29,850 nucleotides of DNA from a virus (taxonomy: Duplodnaviria > Caudoviricetes), in the IMG/VR virus record IMGVR_UViG_3300042195_000134, positions 1-29,850 of that record; one strand, 5' to 3'. The translations under genes were made by a program, and so were the position numbers. Numbering within the stretch: position 1 is the first letter of the stretch; every line of letters starts with the position of its first letter. Shown piece after piece: positions 1 to 6,920 of this stretch. The notes beneath the pieces were generated by a model. It was not told where the DNA came from and searched no databases. It saw only the letters and a list, made by a program, of their open reading frames with translations.

Positions 1-1143
1 CAACGCCTCGCCACCGAAGCCGGATACTCCCTCCCCGCCGTCCGCGCCTTCGAACAAGGGCGCCGCTCGCTGGACCGGCCGGCCGTCATCATCGCCTTCA
101 CCCAGGCACTCGACTGCCACCCCGCCGAAATCACCGGAGCCCCCTACGTGCCACCCCAAGCCGACCGCGACGGACAAGACGCCGTCGCCTCGGTGGCCGC
201 CGTACGCCGCGCCCTCATGCGCCACGGCAGGCCAGCCCGCCCCACCGAAACCGAAGCCGCCGCCGTCGACCTGCCGGGGCTGCGGTCCCGTGTCGACGAG
301 GCCAACCAGTACCGGCAGGCCGCAGCCCTCACGAAGTCCGGCGCCCTGCTGCCCCCGCTGCTGCGCGACCTCCAGGTCGCCGCCGAGCTGGCCCACGGCG
401 ACGAGCGGCGCGGCGTCTACAGCCTGCTGGCCTCCGCGTACGAATGCGCCATGCAGTACCTGTACAAGCTCGGGCACTCCAGCGACGCCACCCTCGCCAC
501 CGAGCGCGTCCTGTGGGCCTCACAGGAAACCGGAAACCCACTACGGGTGTTGGCCGCCCGCTGGTACGACGCCGGGGAGTTCCTCACCATCGGCGAGCAC
601 GACGAGGCCGGAGCGGTCATCGACGAGGCGCTGTCGGAGCTCTGCGCTATCCACAATCCGGGCCCGGAGGCGGTGTCGTTGCGGGGCGCGTTCCATCTGA
701 AGGCGTCACTGAACCTGGCTCGGGCCACGGACACGAAGGCCGCGGTCCGTCACCTCGGGCACGCAAAGGCGGCAGCCGATGAGCTGGGCACGGACCGTAA
801 CGACTGGCAGATGCAGTTCGGTCCGACGAACGTCGCCTTGTGGTCGGTGAGTCTGCCGGTCGAGATGGGCCGCGGCAGGGATGCTGTGGCCCGCGCGGAG
901 AAGGTGCGGTTGCCGGACGGGTATGCGCCGGAGCGGCACTCGCACTTCCACATCGACCGCGGGCGCGCCTTCTTCTACAACGGGCAGCGGGACGAAGCCT
1001 TGCGCGCGTTCCTGGACGCGGAGCGGCTGGCCCCGCAGGCGACGCGGATGCATGCGGGTGTGCGGGAGACGGTGGGGACGATGATCCGCACTCAGAAGCG
1101 GGGGGATCTGGTGGAGTTGGGTATCCGGCTCGGGGTGGTCTGA
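1..1143 (+). CDS. Xre-family HTH regulator with helical/TPR-like C-terminal domain (5' truncated by window edge)
   Basis: Frame is open from base 1: QRLATEAGYSLPAVRAFEQGRRSLDRPAVIIAFTQALDCHPAEITG is an Xre HTH; it continues into the 148..1143 ORF with motifs FGPTNVALWSV and HFHIDRGRA typical of actinobacterial Xre-TPR proteins. Confidence 0.85.
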   Translation, partial: QRLATEAGYSLPAVRAFEQGRRSLDRPAVIIAFTQALDCHPAEITGAPYVPPQADRDGQDAVASVAAVRRALMRHGRPARPTETEAAAVDLPGLRSRVDEANQYRQAAALTKSGALLPPLLRDLQVAAELAHGDERRGVYSLLASAYECAMQYLYKLGHSSDATLATERVLWASQETGNPLRVLAARWYDAGEFLTIGEHDEAGAVIDEALSELCAIHNPGPEAVSLRGAFHLKASLNLARATDTKAAVRHLGHAKAAADELGTDRNDWQMQFGPTNVALWSVSLPVEMGRGRDAVARAEKVRLPDGYAPERHSHFHIDRGRAFFYNGQRDEALRAFLDAERLAPQATRMHAGVRETVGTMIRTQKRGDLVELGIRLGVV

Positions 1144-1153
1144 CCCCGGGAAG

Positions 1154-1172
1154 GTAATACAGTCTGTAGCAC
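1154..1172. promoter_or_regulatory. Imperfect palindrome, candidate operator of the Xre-TPR regulator
   Basis: TACAG-T-CTGTA at 1158-1168 within GTAATACAGTCTGTAGCAC, in an AT-richer intergenic gap. Confidence 0.4.
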
Positions 1173-1245
1173 TTCCGTGACCCCTTGGTGTCTAGCGTCG
1201 GTTGGCACAGCAGCACAGCCAGCGCACACGCCAGGGGGTCATCGC

Positions 1246-1590
1246 ATGCCAGGTAGCAGCGTCCAGAGGCCGAGCGGAGCCGACGCGCTCGCCTTACTGC
1301 CACTCCCCGACGTGGGCAGCCTCAGCGCCCCTCAGGTCCGCGGTAAGTCCTGCGTGTGGTGCGCCGGCGTCCTCGCCTCCGAGGCCGTCGTCGACCTCGG
1401 CCCGCGCAGGTTGAAACACCTCGACACGCACACCCAGTGGTTCCCCCGCGCCTGCCGGCCCTGCACCGCAGCGATAGCCCTCAGCACCCTCCACACACAC
1501 GCACCGAGCTGCGAACAGTGCGTCGACGACGCTGGCCGCTGCGAAACCGGGCGTGGCCTGTACCGACTCGTGAGAGACAACCGGCGATGA
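1246..1590 (+). CDS. Cys-rich (CxxC x3) putative Zn-binding hypothetical protein
   Basis: ATG 1246 after GGGGG; CVWC, CRPC, CEQC motifs; stop overlaps next start (ATGA); in-frame TTA at 1294. Confidence 0.7.
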   Translation: MPGSSVQRPSGADALALLPLPDVGSLSAPQVRGKSCVWCAGVLASEAVVDLGPRRLKHLDTHTQWFPRACRPCTAAIALSTLHTHAPSCEQCVDDAGRCETGRGLYRLVRDNRR

Positions 1591-1724
1591 AACTCTGCGA
1601 GCACTGCCAGAGGCTCATCCAACCAGGCGAGGAACACCGCAGCGTCGGCAAGTTCAGCACATCGGGCGGCGGGGTTACGTTCCACTACCACCTCGCGTGC
1701 CTGCTGAAGCGGATAGGCAAGTAG
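1587..1724 (+). CDS. Small Zn-finger-like protein (45 aa)
   Basis: MKLCEHCQRLIQPGE...HYHLAC; ATGA overlap with upstream gene. Confidence 0.6.
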   Translation: MKLCEHCQRLIQPGEEHRSVGKFSTSGGGVTFHYHLACLLKRIGK

Positions 1725-1771
1725 ACCCCCGGGGCCCGGTCTCTGCTGATATGCCACCGGGCTGCGGGAAG

Positions 1772-1810
1772 GGGCGGCCGCCCTACGCCCCCGTAGTGGG
1801 GCGGCCGCTC
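1772..1810. terminator. GC-rich hairpin between convergent genes
   Basis: GGGCGGCCGCCCTACG-cccc-CGTAGTGGGGCGGCCGCTC inverted repeat. Confidence 0.6.
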
Positions 1811-1811
1811 G

Positions 1812-2045
1812 TCAGCGCACGAGGTCGGAGAGCGGGACGTTGAGCGCGTCGGCGATGAGCAGCAGGTCTTCCAGGTTCGGGACCCGCGTGGCGTACTCCC
1901 ACCGGTGGATCGTCCGGTGGTCGCGGCCGATGAGCTCACCGAGCTGGAGTTGGGTGAGGCCGGCGTGCAGGCGTGCGGCGCGTAGGCGTGCCCCGATCTC
2001 CCGGCGGCGGGCGGGGACCCAGTCGGGCATGGGGTCGAGTGGCAC
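1812..2045 (-). CDS. Small Xre-family HTH transcriptional regulator
   Basis: IGARLRAARLHAGLTQLQLGELIGRDHRTIHRWEYATRVPNLEDLLLIADALNV is a canonical HTH_3; start GTG 2045 or ATG 2030. Confidence 0.88.
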   Translation of the reverse strand: MPLDPMPDWVPARRREIGARLRAARLHAGLTQLQLGELIGRDHRTIHRWEYATRVPNLEDLLLIADALNVPLSDLVR

Positions 2046-2079
2046 CCGCCCCACGCTCTAGTGATCATGGCTTACTGTC

Positions 2080-2109
2080 TTTGCCTGGCTGGGCAAATTT
2101 AACGATCTT
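2080..2109 (+). promoter_or_regulatory. Palindromic operator overlapping a candidate rightward promoter
   Basis: TTTGCC-N6-GGCAAA (2080-2097); TTGCCT-N17-GATCTT (2081-2109). Confidence 0.4.
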
Positions 2110-2115
2110 CGTGGA

Positions 2116-2325
2116 GGGAATGCGTAGACAGCCGCGGCTCCCCTGGTCGGGCGGGCTGATCGTGGCAGCAAGGAGCGGCCGGGTGGGTGTACGTGTCTCC
2201 ACTCTTCGGCCGTTAGACGCTATGGCTTGGTCAAGGCGTCCCGCCCCGGGGGCATCCGCCCTCGGGGCGGTCTACGTTGGACGCCAGAAGGCCCCCCGCG
2301 ACATAGACGCGAGGGGCCTTCGCCT
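2116..2325 (+). ncRNA. Candidate structured non-coding RNA (multi-way junction followed by terminator-like hairpin)
   Basis: Closing helix 2122-2129/2270-2277 encloses four adjacent hairpins (2131-2166, 2174-2214, 2216-2240, 2242-2269); hairpin 2287-2321 follows. Strand inferred from G-U pairs and the promoter-like element. Confidence 0.45.
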
Positions 2326-2491
2326 GCTGGGCCGGCCTCCCCGCCGGACACCTGCAGGTACACGGGAGGCGCGTCTCAGGCGCGCGTGGGGAGAAGCGCC
2401 TGCCCCTCCCGTCCGCGCCACTCTACGTGCGGTTTGAACATAGTCCAGTCCCCCATTTGGGTGAGGGCTGTGAAGCCCTCACTGAGGGGAT

Positions 2492-2513
2492 TGTGGCGTC
2501 GATGTGGCGTCGA
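2492..2513 (+). repeat. Integrase arm-type sites, left arm
   Basis: Tandem TGTGGCGTCGA x2. Confidence 0.75.
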
Positions 2514-2518
2514 CCACG

Positions 2519-2551
2519 AAAACAACCCCCCAGCCGATCGGGACTGGGGGG
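2519..2551 (-). terminator. Intrinsic terminator downstream of tRNA 3' half
   Basis: CCCCCCAG (2526-2533) / CTGGGGGG (2544-2551), followed on the minus strand by TTGTTTT. Confidence 0.65.
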
Positions 2552-2581
2552 CCGAATTGTGCGCTGACCTGCACACTATCC

Positions 2582-2626
2582 TGGTGGGCACGGACGGTTT
2601 CGAACCGCCGACATCCGCCTTGTAAG
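2582..2626 (-). other. att core: 3' half of tRNA-Val(TAC), not a complete tRNA
   Basis: Minus strand CTTACAAGGCGGATGTCGGCGGTTCGAAACCGTCCGTGCCCACCA gives anticodon loop (TAC), T-arm GTTCGAA and CCA end; the 5' half (D arm, 5' anticodon stem) is absent. Confidence 0.9.
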
Positions 2627-2640
2627 AGACCGTAGATGCA

Positions 2641-2682
2641 GGTCAGGGACTTGCGGGAACCTACGGGAACTTACGGGAAGTT
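2641..2682 (+). repeat. 10-bp phased direct repeats, candidate excisionase (RDF) binding sites
   Basis: ggtcagggac/ttgcgggaac/ctacgggaac/ttacgggaag between core and right arm. Confidence 0.6.
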
Positions 2683-2739
2683 CTCTCACCTGCGAAAACA
2701 GGAAGTGCTGAGAAGTTCGACGAACCCACGAGGGGGCTT

Positions 2740-2772
2740 TGTGGCGCCGATGTGGCGCCGAAGCGGCGTCGC
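2740..2772 (+). repeat. Integrase arm-type sites, right arm
   Basis: Tandem TGTGGCGCCGA x2 plus degenerate AGCGGCGTCGC; match the left-arm repeats at 10/11. Confidence 0.75.
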
Positions 2773-2775
2773 ACC

Positions 2776-4074
2776 TCACGACACCGCCCGCAGATGCCGC
2801 CCCGTGACCAGCGCAGACCGCACTTCCTCCACCAACTCCGGGCCCGCATGCTGGTACAGCCACGTCACCCGGCCACCCCGCTCATGCCCCATGATCACCT
2901 GAACGTCCTTCTCCGGGACGCCAGCGTCCTTCAGCCGCGTAGCGAAGACGTGCCTCAGATCGTGGACCCTCGGCCAGTACTCCGTACGCCCCGACTCCGG
3001 ATCCTTCACCAGCCGCGCCAGACCAGCGGCTTTGATCGCAGGGATCCAGTACCGGCGGAAGATCGAACGCCTCAAGGCCCCTTCCAGTTCAGCCTTCACG
3101 CCGTCCTTGTTCTTCCTCTGAGAGCCGGACATCGGGCTCCGGAAGATCAGCTCTTCCGGACGCATCCCGTCCTCGATCGTCGACTCTGTCGCCGCCGGCT
3201 TCCACTTCTCCACCATCACCTTGACCGCCTCGACCGCGGCTGGCGTGAGCGGCACGGTCCGGAAACCGGCCTGAGTCTTCGGCGCCTGCTTCCGCCGGAT
3301 CTTCCCGCGGTCGTCGATGAGAACTTCCTTTACCTTCACCGTGGCAGCGTCCAGGTCCACGTTGCACAGGCGCAGCGCCGTGTACTCGCCCCACCGCATG
3401 CCGGTCTCCTCGGCGAACACCATCAGCGGGCAGTAGTACTCGGTGAGGTGTTCCCGGATCAGTGCCGCCTGCTCCCGGGTGGGTGGGATCAGGTCGTCGG
3501 GGTGCTTGCCCTTCGGCTCCGTGATCTCGATGTCGAGCGTCGGGTTCACCTGAATGCGTCGGTCCCGCATGGCCGCGACCATCATGTGCCGGAACAGCTC
3601 CAGCACCTTGCGCTGCGTTTCGCGACCCTTCACCTCGTTCGTGATCCAGTCCTGCACCTGGAGCCACGTAATGGTGTTGAGCTTGCGCTTGCCCCACTTG
3701 GGCTGGATGTGGACGTTCCACGAGGTGAGCTTCCGGTTGACGGTGGTGACGGCCTTCTTCTTCACCGTCGGCCACCAGATCTCCCACCAGGCATCGACCG
3801 TGATGGACCCGCGCTTGGGGTCCTGGTACGTCCCCTCACGAACCTGGACGCGCACCTTGTCGAGGTGCGCCTGCGCTGCCTTCTGGCTGTCGAATGTGGG
3901 CCCGCACGGCTTCCCGTCAGGGTCGCGGTAGCGCGCCTGCCAGCGGCCCGTGCAGTTCTTCCGCGGGTCCCGGCCGGCGTAGCCGTCGCCGGGCGGAAAC
4001 CTCTTCAGGCATCGCGGGCACCCGCATGTCTTGCTCTCTAGTTGGCGCGGGTTTTTCCCTGCGCTACGCGCCAT
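2776..4074 (-). CDS. int: Tyrosine integrase
   Basis: Catalytic motifs TGMRWGE (R), VHDLRH (HxxR), MGH, WLYQH (Y); N-terminal arm-binding WQARYRDPDGK; ends about 150 bp from att core. Confidence 0.96.
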   Translation of the reverse strand: MARSAGKNPRQLESKTCGCPRCLKRFPPGDGYAGRDPRKNCTGRWQARYRDPDGKPCGPTFDSQKAAQAHLDKVRVQVREGTYQDPKRGSITVDAWWEIWWPTVKKKAVTTVNRKLTSWNVHIQPKWGKRKLNTITWLQVQDWITNEVKGRETQRKVLELFRHMMVAAMRDRRIQVNPTLDIEITEPKGKHPDDLIPPTREQAALIREHLTEYYCPLMVFAEETGMRWGEYTALRLCNVDLDAATVKVKEVLIDDRGKIRRKQAPKTQAGFRTVPLTPAAVEAVKVMVEKWKPAATESTIEDGMRPEELIFRSPMSGSQRKNKDGVKAELEGALRRSIFRRYWIPAIKAAGLARLVKDPESGRTEYWPRVHDLRHVFATRLKDAGVPEKDVQVIMGHERGGRVTWLYQHAGPELVEEVRSALVTGRHLRAVS

Positions 4075-4312
4075 GCTTGATCACCTGCTCGCTCCTTCGC
4101 TGCTGAGGTACACGGGGAAGCAAGTCGATGGCCTCCCCACACCAGCAGACTGCACCCAACTCCGGTTGCTGGACGGCGAGTTCACCCAGAACGGCCCGAA
4201 CAACGGTGACCCTGTGTGCGTGGCTCAGTGAGCGAGGCAGAGTGATGACGCGCGCGTGACCATCAAAGACGCGCGGCTCGATGTGTGCGGTGAATCGGAT
4301 GCGGACGCACAT
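4064..4312 (-). CDS. Small hypothetical protein overlapping the integrase start
   Basis: MCVRIRFTAH...AVCWCGEAIDL; 11-nt overlap with int; lies between repressor and int. Confidence 0.6.
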   Translation of the reverse strand: MCVRIRFTAHIEPRVFDGHARVITLPRSLSHAHRVTVVRAVLGELAVQQPELGAVCWCGEAIDLLPRVPQQRRSEQVIKHGA

Positions 4313-4503
4313 GCAGACCCCCGGAATCGCAGGCGGATAGAACCTGTTGCCGAAGGGGGAGGGCATCGGCCGTCGTCCGAACGTACCCCCGCTTGGTGGA
4401 ATTATCGACCACTGACGAGCATGTTGTTGCCGGAAAATCACGGCGGGTGAGCAAGCCCGTTTCGCATAGACCCGCGAGCGAACCGAAGGGCTGTACGCCG
4501 CAG

Positions 4504-4887
4504 TCAAGGCTTCGCCGGGCGACCCTCGTTGGCCTCGTTCCACTCGTTCAGTGCGCGGAGTTGAGCCTCCTGCGCGTGCTGCTGCTCGGCCGTGAGGCCG
4601 CGGATGAGGCTGAAGATCCTCTCCGCAGCATCGGGGCCAAGCTCGCCCGGGGCGGTGCGCTTAGTGGACGCGAAGAGTTCGGCCTCGGAGAACTTCGGGA
4701 AGGCTACGGCGAGCGCGCGCAGGCTGGCCGGCCGGGGGATGCGCTTGCGCTTGGCCCAGGTGTTGACGGTGGAGTGGTGGACGCCGATCGCGTCACCGAC
4801 TTGCTGTTCGGTGACGTCGTACTCCTCGCGAAGTCGCTTGAGGAGCTGAGGGAAGTCCTCGTCGGGGTGGGTCTCTCGGTTCTCCAC
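4504..4887 (-). CDS. Immunity repressor (cI-like Xre HTH), probably leaderless
   Basis: LLKRLREEYDVTEQQVGDAIGVHHSTVNTWAKRKRIP HTH; co-oriented with int, divergent from cro-like gene; TTGCAA-N18-GAATCT-N6-GTG(4887) on minus strand. Confidence 0.85.
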   Translation of the reverse strand: MENRETHPDEDFPQLLKRLREEYDVTEQQVGDAIGVHHSTVNTWAKRKRIPRPASLRALAVAFPKFSEAELFASTKRTAPGELGPDAAERIFSLIRGLTAEQQHAQEAQLRALNEWNEANEGRPAKP

Positions 4888-4905
4888 GAGGCAAGATTCC
4901 CGCAC

Positions 4906-4938
4906 CGCTTCTACTTTTTGCAAGCGAAAGTAGAAGCG
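4906..4938. promoter_or_regulatory. 12-bp perfect inverted repeat over the repressor promoter -35 (operator)
   Basis: CGCTTCTACTTT-N9-AAAGTAGAAGCG. Confidence 0.65.
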
Positions 4939-5068
4939 TGGCGTAAAGATATGCGGCGCGCGACCTACCTGTCACGCGCCGTGTGCGCCGCCATATGACA
5001 CCGGCATGGAACACGCTGTCGATTCGCGCACCCCCAGCAAGGTTCCTGCAAGTTCTCGGGGGTTCTCG

Positions 5069-5099
5069 TTGACAGCGACTCGACTTCGACTGTAGAAAT
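5069..5099 (+). promoter_or_regulatory. Rightward early promoter with overlapping operator
   Basis: TTGACA (5069-5074)-N18-TAGAAAT; ACTCGACTTCGACTGTAGAAA (5078-5098) recurs at 5420-5440. Confidence 0.6.
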
Positions 5100-5154
5100 G
5101 TCGCATCACCCCGAAGTCGGGGAGATCCCAGACACCACCTGGCGCGGGGAACAC

Positions 5155-5472
5155 ATGCCGAAACTCAGCCGCAAAGGCGAAGGCAAGCCACTCAGAGAAG
5201 CCATGCAGCGAGCGGGCCTCACCGGCCCGGGACTCGCTGAAGCTACGAAGGAAGTGGACCCGACGGGAAAGGGCGTCGCCCCTTCAACCGTCGGACGCAT
5301 CGCCGGACGCGGCAAGACCGCTGGCAGCACCTGCCAGTTGAAGACCGCCTGGTTCGTCGCCGAGGCACTGCACCGGAGGACGAACGCCCCCCTCCAGGAC
5401 CTCTTCTTCATGCCCCCACACTCGACTTCGACAATAGAAAGGTCAAGTCCCGATGCAGCGAAAGAAGACTGA
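5155..5472 (+). CDS. Cro-like HTH protein
   Basis: LREAMQRAGLTGPGLAEAT...VAPSTVGRI...LQDLF; first gene divergent from the repressor; GGGGA RBS. Confidence 0.75.
   Translation: MPKLSRKGEGKPLREAMQRAGLTGPGLAEATKEVDPTGKGVAPSTVGRIAGRGKTAGSTCQLKTAWFVAEALHRRTNAPLQDLFFMPPHSTSTIERSSPDAAKED
5420..5440 (+). promoter_or_regulatory. Second copy of operator-like 21-mer, inside 3' end of the cro-like gene
   Basis: ACTCGACTTCGACAATAGAAA, 19/21 identical to 5078-5098. Confidence 0.6.
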
Positions 5473-5719
5473 ACGCCGAGTCCCCCTCCCGGCCGGTCTC
5501 GTCCCCCTGCTCAGTCAGCGCGAGATCGAGACGTACTACAGCGTCTCCACCTGGCAGATCGACCAGTGGCGCAAGGCCGGCATGCCCGATGAGCCGTTCG
5601 CCGGCCAGGGGCGCCGCTACGACCTGGCGAAGTGCCAGGCGTGGCACGAGGCGAACGCGACGGACGGCCGCGCGTGGTCGACGGCTGATGAGTCGCAGGA
5701 GCTGGCCCCGACGGGCTGA
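5453..5719 (+). CDS. xis: Excisionase-like (MerR/AlpA-type winged HTH)
   Basis: LLSQREIETYYSVSTWQIDQWRKAGMP...GRRYDLAKCQAW; position directly after cro. Confidence 0.7.
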   Translation: MQRKKTERRVPLPAGLVPLLSQREIETYYSVSTWQIDQWRKAGMPDEPFAGQGRRYDLAKCQAWHEANATDGRAWSTADESQELAPTG

Positions 5720-5814
5720 CCGCTCCCCCGCAAGAAGACGGGGCCGCCTGGACCATGCCCGGTCCCGACGACCCCTCGGCAATGCACCAGATCCCAACGA
5801 AGGAGTGCATCACC

Positions 5815-6114
5815 TTGAGTAATCCTACTGATCTCCCCGGCGCGTCGATCGCCGTGATGACGCTGGCGCAGAAGCCGCAGGCGCGGCCGAAGGCTGTCCC
5901 GCCGGTGGAAGCGCTGTATCAGCCGCTGCCGTCCGACGCGTATGCGCCGCCGCTGGACCTCGCGGTGCGTCTTGCGCGGGAGGACTTGGCCGTGCAGCAG
6001 GGTGCGAACATTCACGACCGCGAGGCCATGATCCGGGCGGCTGTGACGTTGGAGGTCCGGTTGCGGCTGTTGCTGGCTGCGCTGGACGCGGACGCGGCGG
6101 GGGTGCCGGCATGA
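5815..6114 (+). CDS. Hypothetical protein
   Basis: TTG start after AAGGAG (5800-5805); ATGA overlap with next gene. Confidence 0.6.
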   Translation: MSNPTDLPGASIAVMTLAQKPQARPKAVPPVEALYQPLPSDAYAPPLDLAVRLAREDLAVQQGANIHDREAMIRAAVTLEVRLRLLLAALDADAAGVPA

Positions 6115-6920
6115 GTGCCCCTCAGTCGCATGACCCGCTGGTGGTGACCACGAAGGATGGCGTGTCGTGGCTGCGTCGGGCGGTGACGCAGGACGGGCAC
6201 GGGCTGTACGCGGTGACCGACTCGTGCACGTGCCCCGAGTATCTGATGGCTTCGTTGGCGGAGTTGGCGGAGCACGGGATTGCTGGGTCGGCGCACGCGC
6301 TGCCGATGCCGGTCGCGCCGGAGCCTGCTGCGTACCCGCCGGCGTTCCCGTGGGCGGCGCTGATGGACGGCGAGGACCTGTCGGATTTCCTCGACGAACT
6401 GGCCGCGTCTGCGATCACGCATGCGAGTAGCGAGGTTGCGCTGGCTGAGGTTGAGGCGACGTGCGGCCGGTGGCGGTTGATCGCGGAGGCGCAGCACGCG
6501 CACAACACCGCGCCGGGACCGGGCGTCGAGGCGCCGTACGTCAGCCGCCTGTTGCCGCCGCGTGACGCGGTCTGCGCGCGGCCTGGCTGCGGGCACTCCG
6601 GTGCCGAGCATCACCACGGGGACACGAAGTGCTGGGCGCACCTGCCCAAGGGGCACGGCGACCCGATCCGGCTCTGCGTGTGTGAGGGGTTCGTCGCGGG
6701 CTCGTCGGTGGAGGTGTCGGCGGACAGGCTGACGCGGCTGCTGGCGCCGTCACAGGTGTTGCGTGAGGACGCGTACGAGTCGCCGCTGCACCACGACTAC
6801 CGGGTCTCGCACGACCTGCCCGAGCCCGCGCATCCGGTGCCGTGCCGGTTCCCGAAGTCGCCGGGCTGCACCTGCCGTCTGACCGGGTCTGACGTCGAGC
6901 CTGCGGGCGGTGGATCGTGA
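6111..6920 (+). CDS. Hypothetical protein with Cys/His-rich segments
   Basis: 269-aa ORF coupled at both ends; CARPGCGHSGAEHH...C...CVCEGF motif. Confidence 0.7.
   Translation: MSAPQSHDPLVVTTKDGVSWLRRAVTQDGHGLYAVTDSCTCPEYLMASLAELAEHGIAGSAHALPMPVAPEPAAYPPAFPWAALMDGEDLSDFLDELAASAITHASSEVALAEVEATCGRWRLIAEAQHAHNTAPGPGVEAPYVSRLLPPRDAVCARPGCGHSGAEHHHGDTKCWAHLPKGHGDPIRLCVCEGFVAGSSVEVSADRLTRLLAPSQVLREDAYESPLHHDYRVSHDLPEPAHPVPCRFPKSPGCTCRLTGSDVEPAGGGS

Noticed and set aside
2183-2437. Small + strand ORF after AAGGAG (part of 1973..2437)
   Set aside because: Atypical codon usage, runs through a terminator-like hairpin, no recognisable motif; kept only as an alternative to the ncRNA model
2582-2660. 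Complete tRNA-Val gene
   Set aside because: Only the anticodon loop to CCA is present; upstream bases cannot form the 5' anticodon stem, D arm or acceptor stem
2752-4041. 429-aa + strand ORF
   Set aside because: Antisense shadow of the integrase, expected in high-GC DNA
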